Positions 31,072 through 39,415 of a DNA stretch of 64,000 nucleotides are shown piece by piece. The stretch comes from Bacteroidota bacterium. Lineage in GTDB: Bacteria > Bacteroidota > Ignavibacteria > 0-14-0-80-59-12. The notes under the pieces are model-generated. The model was not told the origin of the DNA. It did not search any database and saw only the letters and a program-made list of their open reading frames with translations. The translations under genes and the position numbers were made by a program. Position 1 is the stretch's first letter, and every line of letters starts with the position of its first letter. The stretch covers positions 71,966-135,965 of the forward strand of contig JBMFJZ010000005.1 in NCBI GenBank assembly GCA_049973045.1, read 5' to 3'.

Positions 31072-31539
31072 TTAGTGGAGTTTCAGGTACGGTCGCAATC
31101 GCTCGAAAGTTTTTGTGCCAATTCCTTTAACGCTCTTTAACTCCTCGAGCGTTCGAAAACCTTTATGAGCGGCTCGATAGTCGAGAATACGTTGAGCCAT
31201 CACTTCTCCGATGCCGGGAAGCATTTTCAGCTCATCTTTTGTGGCGGTATTAAGGTTGATGCTTGCTGGCGCAGGGAGCTTTTTCTTTGAACGAGATGAA
31301 GTGAACTGTGTCTGCCTTTCCATTCCCTGGGTGCTATCGCGTAATGCATTAAGTGAATCCAGGAGAGCTGAGCGGTGAGCAAATTCCGAATCTGCTGCTG
31401 CATAACTGAAGCTTGGAGATGTTTCATGCGTTAGATGGAGCAACTTCAATGTAGCTCCGAGCAGAAAAAGACCTAAGAGAACAAAAAGCAATCGGCGTTC
31501 ATTCGGTGTGAAACCAAGTTGCTTCATCCAGTTAGCCAC
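31072..31539 (-). CDS. comEA: ComEA-family helix-hairpin-helix DNA-binding protein
   Basis: 155 aa with an N-terminal TM helix and the C-terminal block INLNTATKDELKMLPGIGEVMAQRILDYR..LKSVKGIGTKTFERL. Confidence 0.85.
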   Translation of the reverse strand: MANWMKQLGFTPNERRLLFVLLGLFLLGATLKLLHLTHETSPSFSYAAADSEFAHRSALLDSLNALRDSTQGMERQTQFTSSRSKKKLPAPASINLNTATKDELKMLPGIGEVMAQRILDYRAAHKGFRTLEELKSVKGIGTKTFERLRPYLKLH

Positions 31540-31550
31540 GCAGGGATCTC

Positions 31551-32738
<1,188 letters not shown>

Positions 32739-33461
32739 TCATCCGCCTCCAGCGGACTCTGATCCCTCATTTCCACCCGAGGCGGACGACACGTGGTCAT
32801 CTCTCGGTTCATCTGAAACAACGACCTTAGCGTGGCGCAAGACTTTCTCGCCAATCATATACCCACGCTCAAGCTCTTCAATGATTGTGTGAGGAGGAAG
32901 GTCATTTCGAGGAATCGTCATGAGCGCATCATGGAAGTCAACATTAAATTCCTTCCCAACAGATTCGAACGGCTTCACTCCTTGTGATTCAAGGAATTTC
33001 ATGAACTTCGCGAAAACAAGATCAAGGCCTTTCAAGAGAGAGGCAAAGTCATTCGATTCCCGCGCCGCTTTCAGAGTGCGTTCAAGATCATCAACAATAG
33101 GCAAAAATTGTAAAATAAGTTGCTGCGTTACAAATCGAGTAATCTCAGCAAACTCATTTGTAGTACGCCGCTTGAAGTTTTCAAAATCAGCGGCTTTGCG
33201 GAGATAAAGATCCTTGTATTTCTCAACCTCGGCTTGAAGATCTGAAATCTTTTGCTTAAGAGTCTCTAATTCTGCAGCAGTCTCATCTATAGCCTCTGTC
33301 CGGCTTTCGGAGAATTCTGCTGGCTGAGACACTTCCTGTCCGCCTTTTGGCAGATTATCAGGTTCGACAGTCTGATTGACGTTTTTCTCTGTCGCTTTCG
33401 GCGCCATTTCCAATTCGTCAGTGCTCATATCAATAACTAACTCATGATTGAAGAAAGACAT
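32739..33461 (-). CDS. grpE: nucleotide exchange factor GrpE
   Basis: 240 aa with the GrpE core YLRKAADFENFKRR...G..V.RHAKVVV. An alternative start MSTDE at 33428 would remove the 25-nt overlap with hrcA. Confidence 0.9.
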   Translation of the reverse strand: MSFFNHELVIDMSTDELEMAPKATEKNVNQTVEPDNLPKGGQEVSQPAEFSESRTEAIDETAAELETLKQKISDLQAEVEKYKDLYLRKAADFENFKRRTTNEFAEITRFVTQQLILQFLPIVDDLERTLKAARESNDFASLLKGLDLVFAKFMKFLESQGVKPFESVGKEFNVDFHDALMTIPRNDLPPHTIIEELERGYMIGEKVLRHAKVVVSDEPRDDHVSSASGGNEGSESAGGG

Positions 33462-34489
33462 TCAGCGATGTAACGAACAGTTGGAATGACTTTACTATAG
33501 CGCATTCGTTTAGGTCCGAGCACACCGACGGTTCCCACAGTCTCCCCAGCCTTGTACAAAGCTGTGACCATACTATAGGGTTCCAGTCGTCGCACAGGAT
33601 GCTCTCTTCCAATTGTTGCCCATGCTTCAACTTTAGCCATTTCAGACTTTGAGGGCTCGCGAGGGATGCTCTGCTCGAAGACCTCCACAATGTTTTCCTC
33701 ATTTTCCAGAAGAGCTACGACATCACGGACCGTCTCCGGGTCGTGGAATTCTGGCTGAGAAAAGATGTTCTGCTGTCCGGCAATATGGACACGCATTCGC
33801 CCGGGGAGATCAGCAAAGATTTTATCCGCATGCTGAGCAAATTGATCAAAAATCTCCACCTCAAGATATCGCACGCTCTTAATCCGTTCCGCGAATGTGC
33901 TTCGTATTTCGTCAAGTCGTAACCCCCAAAGGCGCTCATTGAGAAGACCGGCGATCCTCTGAATCCGGTCATGCGGGACTTCTGAAGCAATTTCCATCAT
34001 GATGGTTTTCACAAGCCCCGACCGAACAGAAAGGACGATAAAAAGCCTGTTGCTCGCAATTGGGATGATTTCCAGATGCTCAAAGATACCGCTTCCTAAG
34101 TGTGGGAGAAAGATGATAGCGAGCTGACGAGAAATTCTTCCGAGTATTTGTGATGACTCCCATAGAAGCTCATTATAGTCGCTGATTTCTCTGAGAGTCT
34201 TTTCGATCCTCCGTTTTTCGCTCTCAGGGATTTCCTCAGCGTGCATAAGTTCATCAACGTAGAAGCGATATCCTTTGTCTGTTGGGACTCTGCCGGCGGA
34301 GGTATAAGGATGTTCAAGAAGCCCCATTGCTTCGAGTTCCGCCATTATGTTTCTGATGGTTGCGGGGCTTACCTTGAGTTTCGATCGCTTCGAGAGGAAT
34401 TCGGAACCGACTGGAATAGCTGTCGCGATAAAATAACGGACAATATCTCGAAGAACGATTCTCTGCCGTTCTGAAAGTATTTGTGCCAT
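33437..34489 (-). CDS. hrcA: heat-inducible transcription repressor HrcA
   Basis: ORF 33437..34534, with the likely start MAQILSERQRIVLRDIV at 34489. It has a winged-helix N-terminus (PVGSEFLSK...SPATIRNIMAELE) and the HrcA C-terminal domain. Confidence 0.88.
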   Translation of the reverse strand: MAQILSERQRIVLRDIVRYFIATAIPVGSEFLSKRSKLKVSPATIRNIMAELEAMGLLEHPYTSAGRVPTDKGYRFYVDELMHAEEIPESEKRRIEKTLREISDYNELLWESSQILGRISRQLAIIFLPHLGSGIFEHLEIIPIASNRLFIVLSVRSGLVKTIMMEIASEVPHDRIQRIAGLLNERLWGLRLDEIRSTFAERIKSVRYLEVEIFDQFAQHADKIFADLPGRMRVHIAGQQNIFSQPEFHDPETVRDVVALLENEENIVEVFEQSIPREPSKSEMAKVEAWATIGREHPVRRLEPYSMVTALYKAGETVGTVGVLGPKRMRYSKVIPTVRYIAECLSSIMS

Positions 34490-34540
34490 TCTCTCTTCTC
34501 GCCACCCCTTTGAGGGTATCACCGCGTAGTACACAATAAA

Positions 34541-34569
34541 AAAATACTCACTTTGATGTAGTTTGTCAA
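34541..34569 (-). promoter_or_regulatory. candidate sigma70-like promoter for hrcA-grpE-dnaJ
   Basis: Minus strand reads TTGACA (34569..34564), then 17 nt, then TATTTT (34546..34541). It lies ~50 nt upstream of the preferred hrcA start. FCB-group promoters may follow a different consensus, so this is tentative. Confidence 0.35.
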
Positions 34570-34616
34570 GCAGTTGATTTTTATTTCCTTGTATGCTATA
34601 TTAGTTTTGTTGCCGT

Positions 34617-34688
34617 TCCACAGTAGCTCAATGGTAGAGCATCCGGCTGTTAACCGGAGGGTTGCAGGTTCGAGTCCTGCCTGTGGAG
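34617..34688 (+). tRNA. tRNA-Asn (anticodon GTT)
   Basis: Hand-folded cloverleaf. Acceptor stem is tccacag/ctgtgga and D arm is gctc-aatggta-gagc. Anticodon arm is tccgg-ctGTTaa-ccgga with a 5-nt variable loop. T arm is gcagg-ttcgagt-cctgc and the discriminator is g. 72 nt, CCA not encoded. Confidence 0.9.
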
Positions 34689-34694
34689 CTGTGG

Positions 34695-34727
34695 AGGCGA
34701 CCCGCCGGTCGCCTTTAGTGTTTTATT
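34695..34727 (+). terminator. intrinsic terminator after tRNA-Asn
   Basis: Perfect 8-bp GC-rich stem aggcgacc-cgcc-ggtcgcct (34695..34714) followed by ttagtgttttatt. Confidence 0.6.
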
Positions 34728-34783
34728 CTGTTAATCCACCGAAGGCGTAGTCTCTACCATTCTCGCACAATCGGAATTATATT

Positions 34784-35389
34784 TCACAATTTATCAGGGT
34801 TTTCATCATCCATAGCCCATTTCAACGGGTTTTCGTAAATGTATTGGCGGATGCGGTTTAATCCCTCATCCTCGCGGATGACCCGGTCGTGGTAACGGGA
34901 TTGCCAGATGGTGAGGCCTTTTGTTTTCCTCATTTCATTTATTTGTTTGGTCACAGCCGATTTGTATGATCGTATGATGGTCGATAATGTTCCGCGACGG
35001 GGTTTGCCGAATCGTTCGATTGGATGATTTTGTGCAATATCGGATTGTCGTAATGGTTGCAACGATTGTAATAATTGTAGAGACACGGCGTGCCGTGTCT
35101 CTACAACCATATTATTATCCATTTCATTTATCACAATGATCCCATGCACGTGGTTAGGCATTATTACAAATTCATCCAATGAAACGTGTGGAAAATGAAC
35201 CGGTATTTCCAACCAACATTGTTCGGCAATCCGTCCACAATCGGATAATTGCATTCCTCCATTAACGATGCGACCAAACAAACATTCACGGTTCGTGGTA
35301 ACGATGGTAACAAAGTACGCACCTGGTTGTCCGTAATCATACCCCTGCATGCGTGTGGTTTCTATGCGGTATCTGTTTCTGAATAACAT
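34784..35389 (-). mobile_element. IS200-like / REP-associated tyrosine transposase (RAYT)-like Y1 HUH protein gene
   Basis: 201 aa with GAYFVTIVTTNRE (beta1), the HUH motif MPNHVHGIIVI, and SYKSAVTK...WQSRYHDRVIRDE...IRQYIYENPLKW (Tyr helix). No IS ends or tnpB are visible. Confidence 0.8.
35084..35115. repeat. perfect 15-bp-stem palindrome with GTAG head inside the RAYT-like CDS
   Basis: ttGTAGagacacggc-gt-gccgtgtctCTACaa, which encodes ..VVETRHAVSLQ.. in the minus-strand ORF. Confidence 0.9.
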
Positions 35390-35424
35390 GTTGAAAATTA
35401 ATGGTTTTTATTTTCCCCGTTGTT

Positions 35425-35880
35425 CTACCGCTGTGCAGTGTTTTCCCAGCGCTTCTGTTTTGGATTAGAAGAAAGGGGTTCATAGTCATATTTATTTAAA
35501 ATATCCTTCATTTTATCATGCACAAGATTTAAAACATCTTTCATTTCTGCTTTTCCACCGAGTTCAATAAGTGACCCTAAAATGGGTATTACAAATTTAT
35601 CCTCAGGGGTTCTCAAGCCCTTTTTCAACCTGCTTTTCACTCGCCTTTTTCGAACTTCAGCCGACACTCTTTCACTAAAAATCGTCTGCCATTCCTTCTG
35701 AAGTGATTTCACCCTTTCTCTGAAAGATTTTAGCCGCTCACCATTTTCAATAAGGGACTTTGCCTTATCAAAATCCCGGGTTTTAAGGAGTTTTCTCCTT
35801 CATTGCTGATGATATTGAAGACCTCTTCAATCTCCTCAAGCAAAATCTCAAAGGCGGTGTTTACTTCGTTTTTGTCCATA
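35425..35880 (-). pseudogene. frameshifted (and probably 3'-truncated) gene for a coiled-coil + Mrr_N-like winged-helix protein
   Basis: ATG at 35880 opens MDKNEVNTAFEILLEEIEEVFNIISNEGE. Near 35790 the frame shifts by one nt in an A-run, and the sense continues as KLLKTRDFDKAKSLIENGERLKSFRERVKSLQKEWQ... into ORF 35425..35712. The product ends abruptly at ..KQKRWENTAQR, where Mrr_N-type domains normally continue. Confidence 0.6.
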
Positions 35881-35962
35881 AAATACCTCCTCCTTCTATT
35901 GTTTTAATCTCCTCGTCTGTTAAACTATAAAGTTTATAAACCAGCTGGTCAATTGGGGCTTC
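35881..35962 (-). pseudogene. orphan 3' end of a methyltransferase gene (copy A)
   Basis: Minus strand translates as ..IDQLVYKLYSLTDEEIKTIEGGG. This is the same tail as the 1275-aa MTase (IDKLVYKLYDLTEEEIRIIEGG), and no upstream gene body is present. Confidence 0.65.
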
Positions 35963-35965
35963 AAG

Positions 35966-36688
35966 TTATTTGACTTTTTGTTTTTGAAACAGTATAGCTC
36001 CCATATATGTTTTAACATTTTCAATCTCAATATCTGGATAGTTGAGTTTGAAAGATTTAATAAGTTTGTTTTCGTTTAATGGCGGATGTTTTTCAAAAAT
36101 GAAATCTAAAAAGTTCCTGATTTTATCATCTTCCGAATAAACCATAAAAAATGGCATTATTATGTTAAAAAACATCTCTATTTTTCTTTGAGCTCCCACT
36201 CCCTCAAAATTCATTATTTTCTTTACCGCGTCTTTTGGATTTTTATTATTCAATTCTGCCTTAATACCCTCTAAAAAGAAATTTACTATTCCTTCATCTA
36301 TTGTATTTGATAGAAGAATTGAGATACCTTTGATTCTTTTTTCGGGAAAATTTTCCGGTCTTATGCCCTTATAGTTCCATACGGATTTATCGGTTTTTAA
36401 AGAAAAATCAAAATCCTTTGGCAATCCTTCTTTATCATTTGTAAAGCCTGCTCTGTATAAAAGGGCTTTTTCTATTATCGTTTTCTCTTTCAATCTTCTT
36501 ATTTCAGAGTAAGGAGTAATGAGTGCAAGTTCTAAAAAATTTACTTTGTTATGAGGATATCCAAGTGAAAGCAAAATTTCCCTGTATAGTGCTTCATCAG
36601 GCAGAGCAATTTTCAAAAGATTCTGCATTCGCTGTTTTTTTAATTCAAGCCATCTTGTGCCGAGTTGGTTCAGGTTGATATTTTTCAT
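35966..36688 (-). CDS. DUF2851-like protein, apparently N-terminally truncated
   Basis: 240 aa. EALYREILLSLGYPHNKVNFLELA and RPENFPEKRI resemble the C-terminal half of DUF2851 proteins (from memory). The first ~16 aa (NLNQLGTRWLELKK) are a junction sequence that recurs at 38528..38550. Confidence 0.4.
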   Translation of the reverse strand: MKNINLNQLGTRWLELKKQRMQNLLKIALPDEALYREILLSLGYPHNKVNFLELALITPYSEIRRLKEKTIIEKALLYRAGFTNDKEGLPKDFDFSLKTDKSVWNYKGIRPENFPEKRIKGISILLSNTIDEGIVNFFLEGIKAELNNKNPKDAVKKIMNFEGVGAQRKIEMFFNIIMPFFMVYSEDDKIRNFLDFIFEKHPPLNENKLIKSFKLNYPDIEIENVKTYMGAILFQKQKVK

Positions 36689-36707
36689 TCCACCTTATTA
36701 AATAATT

Positions 36708-37433
36708 TCAAGCATTTAAAGAAACTTTGTGTGGATATTCGTTATATATTTTACCGTTTAATTTCCTTCCGTTTTTATGGTTAAAGACACCACCCCATTG
36801 CTTGAAAAAGAAAGAAATACCATTTTTTCTGCATTGACGGTAGATTTCCATAACCCACTCTTTTTTCATTGGTCGGGCACCTGGACCCGACTCCCCACCT
36901 ACAATTACCCAATCAATTCCCTTTGTTGGGAATTCAGAAATCGGTCCTAAAAGCGGTTCAAAAGAAATAAATTTAATCTTTGCTGGTGTCTGAAGGAGAT
37001 GATTAATTCTGTAAATGTAATCCGAGTTTTCCACAGAAACACCCATCCATATATTATCTGTCCATTCAACATGATTACAAACTTCAAGAAGTCGCTCTGA
37101 CCTTTTGGTTAAAACCTGAAATGTCAGATGTTTTGCTTTGTTCATCACTTTAAAAACCTCTTTTATGAAATCAAGTGGAACATCTTCGTGGAAAAGGTCT
37201 GACATGGAATTGACAAAAACGAAAGCAGGACCTTTCCAACGAAAAGGAACAGAAAGAAGGTCAGGATGCAAAGTCACTTCAAAACCGTTTTTGTATCTCG
37301 GATTTCCCATAAGCTGAAGACGCTTTGCGAAACGCTCAGCATAACAATTTTTGCACCCTGTACTTATTTTAGAACAACCTGTTACAGGATTCCAAGTGTA
37401 ATGTGTCCATTCTATTTTTGATTTTCCAGCCAT
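36708..37433 (-). CDS. DUF5131 / phage Gp37-Gp68 family protein (three-Cys motif)
   Basis: 241 aa starting KIEWTHYTWNPVTGCSKISTGCKNCYAE (C-x6-C-x2-C), then VFVNSMSDLFHE, WMGVSVE, FISFEPLLGPI, DWVIVGGESGPGARP and FFFKQWGG. Confidence 0.8.
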   Translation of the reverse strand: MAGKSKIEWTHYTWNPVTGCSKISTGCKNCYAERFAKRLQLMGNPRYKNGFEVTLHPDLLSVPFRWKGPAFVFVNSMSDLFHEDVPLDFIKEVFKVMNKAKHLTFQVLTKRSERLLEVCNHVEWTDNIWMGVSVENSDYIYRINHLLQTPAKIKFISFEPLLGPISEFPTKGIDWVIVGGESGPGARPMKKEWVMEIYRQCRKNGISFFFKQWGGVFNHKNGRKLNGKIYNEYPHKVSLNA

Positions 37434-37436
37434 AGT

Positions 37437-38342
37437 TTATCCCAACTTTTTTAATATATCATTGGCAATTTTTAATGCAGTTTTTGATGCCTTTTCATTT
37501 GCACATGCAAAAATGAGCAAGTAAATAGGATTTCGTTTGGAATTATAAAGTGCGCGTGGTTCTGATACAGCATAAAAGATTTCTTTTAACCTTTTGCAAA
37601 AATAATTGCCAATTTTAGTAATAGGAACTTTTTCTACATTCGTTTCAGGTCCAAAAAGTGTTTCTTTTTTGCTAACTTTATAAAATTCATTATACCATTC
37701 CTCCGTTCCAAAAAGTTTATTTAATCTCTCTCGTCTTTTATTGTCTATATTTCCATCTCTTTTAAGCAAGCGGTTTACGGCTACTCCTAAAGGGAACAAT
37801 ATCCAGCAGTCAATAGCCTTTGTTTTTGCTATCATTTCAAGGGTTTTCCATTCTACTTGCATTCCGTATGGGTCCAAAAAGACAAGAGCACGTTTTTTAC
37901 TCCAATCAGTAATCCTACAAAGTTTTTGAAGATATGAATTAGCGTCTTCATTTACAATTTTTGTTCTATCTTTTATATGTGAGAATTCTTTTTTTAAATT
38001 TTCTAATTCTTCACATTTTCCTTTATCCAATTCAATAAAGATAAATTCATCAAATGTTTCACCAGTTTTGTTATACATAGATTGTAAAGCAATTCGTGGA
38101 GAACCATCTAAAAATTTCCGAGTTTCTTCTTCAAAGAAAACGGCAAGATATCCTTTTTCCTCTGTATCTACTGCTCTATACCCTGGACCGGCGAAGGCGT
38201 CTATATAGATAATCTTATAATACCTCGCTTTTTCATTGCCCTTCATAATTGTTAGATAAGCATTTAAATATTTTTTCAAAGCTTCAAGTTTTTCTTCAGT
38301 CCAATCTCCTCCGAATGAATTTTTCTTTCTTACCATACTCAT
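37437..38342 (-). CDS. three-Cys-motif partner protein TcmP-like (SAM-MTase-like motif I)
   Basis: The track ORF 37437..38582 is a read-through of upstream remnant DNA, and the real start is probably MSMVRKKNSF at 38342. Key blocks are GGDWTEEKLEALKKYL and IYIDAFAGPGY (a D-x-F-A-G-x-G MTase motif-I look-alike). It ends 3 nt before the DUF5131 gene. Confidence 0.7.
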   Translation of the reverse strand: MSMVRKKNSFGGDWTEEKLEALKKYLNAYLTIMKGNEKARYYKIIYIDAFAGPGYRAVDTEEKGYLAVFFEEETRKFLDGSPRIALQSMYNKTGETFDEFIFIELDKGKCEELENLKKEFSHIKDRTKIVNEDANSYLQKLCRITDWSKKRALVFLDPYGMQVEWKTLEMIAKTKAIDCWILFPLGVAVNRLLKRDGNIDNKRRERLNKLFGTEEWYNEFYKVSKKETLFGPETNVEKVPITKIGNYFCKRLKEIFYAVSEPRALYNSKRNPIYLLIFACANEKASKTALKIANDILKKLG

Positions 38343-38456
38343 TACACACTCCTTGCTTTTTCTAATCTTGTTTTTTACAATGTGCGAATGATTATTCGCC
38401 CCTACCCAATATACTTCTTTTCGTTCTTGTTCTGTCAAGCCAAGGGCATCAAAAAC
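38340..38456. repeat. ~115-bp duplicated junction module, copy A (degenerate REP-like hairpin + RBS + ATG)
   Basis: Aligns by eye at roughly 90 percent identity to 39295..39406. It contains gcgaatgattattcgcccctac (38384..38405), in which the left arm of the hairpin is partly mutated. Confidence 0.8.
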
Positions 38457-38578
38457 AATATCATCAAGGGCTTTTCTATCGGGTAATGGATTTTTTCGCA
38501 GGCTACCTTTATCTCCCTTTTTCAGTCCAAGCCATTTTGTGCCGAGTTGGGGTAGGTTAAAAATAATTTCGTCATTCC

Positions 38579-38980
38579 TCAAATTTCATATCCTAAACTC
38601 TTTAAAAATTTTTCACATTCTTTTATAAATTCTTCGGCCTTTTCAATTATTTCCGATGTCCTTTCTAAACTCTGCATAAAAATAATTTCATAATCACCTT
38701 TTTGTCTTTCACTAAACGCTTCAATTATGTAACTATACAATTTTTCAGGTAACAATCCGGTTTTTATAAACTCTTTTCCAAAGAAGGAAATAACCGCTGT
38801 ATGTTTACTAAATTTTAAATCTTTTGTAAGCAAAATTGCGGTGGCACAGTAAAACATAGAATAGTATGCCCGTGATCCCGCAAAATCATAATCTCCTGCA
38901 TCTCTTAATAATTTCGCTGAATTTAAACTTCTCTCTGCTTTTTGAAGGAGTGCTTTTATTTCTTCTTGATACTTTTTCAT
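38579..38980 (-). CDS. HEPN domain protein
   Basis: 133 aa (AERSLNSAKLLRDAGDYDFAGSRAYYSMFYCATAILL..FSKHTAVISFFGKEF) with a 4-nt overlap with the upstream MNT gene. Confidence 0.75.
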   Translation of the reverse strand: MKKYQEEIKALLQKAERSLNSAKLLRDAGDYDFAGSRAYYSMFYCATAILLTKDLKFSKHTAVISFFGKEFIKTGLLPEKLYSYIIEAFSERQKGDYEIIFMQSLERTSEIIEKAEEFIKECEKFLKSLGYEI

Positions 38981-39297
38981 ATTTCTATTCCTTCTCCTTT
39001 CACGCTTTGCAAAAATGGGGTATTAAAGGAGTTAAAAATTGCATCAGGGTAGTCTATGAGAGAGATGACCACATCATTTTCCAAAGAAATATTAGAGACA
39101 GTGGTGTATATTTTTTCCTTTTCCTCTTTAGTAAGTTCTTCGCGCACCAATAATAACAAGTCGATATCGGAGAATTCTTTCTCTTCTCCCCTTGCATAAG
39201 AGCCAAAAAGGATAAGTTTTACAAATTTAAATCCCAATATCGCGATTATTTCCCTTTTCAGCTCATTTAGAATTTTATTTTTTCTTTCCTTATCCAT
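38977..39297 (-). CDS. minimal nucleotidyltransferase (MNT) domain protein
   Basis: ~106 aa with an ATG at 39297 (the track starts at GTG 39300). NTase motif is LFGSYARGEE..SDIDLLLLV. Confidence 0.75.
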   Translation of the reverse strand: MDKERKNKILNELKREIIAILGFKFVKLILFGSYARGEEKEFSDIDLLLLVREELTKEEKEKIYTTVSNISLENDVVISLIDYPDAIFNSFNTPFLQSVKGEGIEI

Positions 39298-39406
39298 CAC
39301 ACACTCCTTGCTTTTTCTAATCTGTTTTTTTACAGGGGCGAATGATTATTCGCCCCTACCAAATACTTTTCGCTCTTCTTCCGTCAAGCCAAGGGCATCA
39401 AAAAAC
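39295..39406. repeat. ~115-bp duplicated junction module, copy B, with an intact GTAG-headed REP-like hairpin
   Basis: ggggcgaat-gatt-attcgcccc followed by tac (39335..39359). On the minus strand this reads GTAGGGGCGAATAATCATTCGCCCC. Downstream on the minus strand lie AAGGAG and then the ATG of the MNT gene. Confidence 0.85.
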
Positions 39407-39415
39407 TTTTTATCT

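Noticed and set aside
34490-34616. CIRCE operator upstream of hrcA
   Set aside because: I searched both strands by eye for TTAGCACTC-N9-GAGTGCTAA and found no acceptable match.
37437-38582. Treating the whole 381-aa ORF as one protein
   Set aside because: The first 80 codons comprise an R-M-tail remnant (..DDIVFDALGLTEQERKEVY) and a translated REP-like hairpin (VGANNHSH). The duplicated junction module shows a conserved RBS+ATG at 38342, so the TcmP-like gene most likely starts there.
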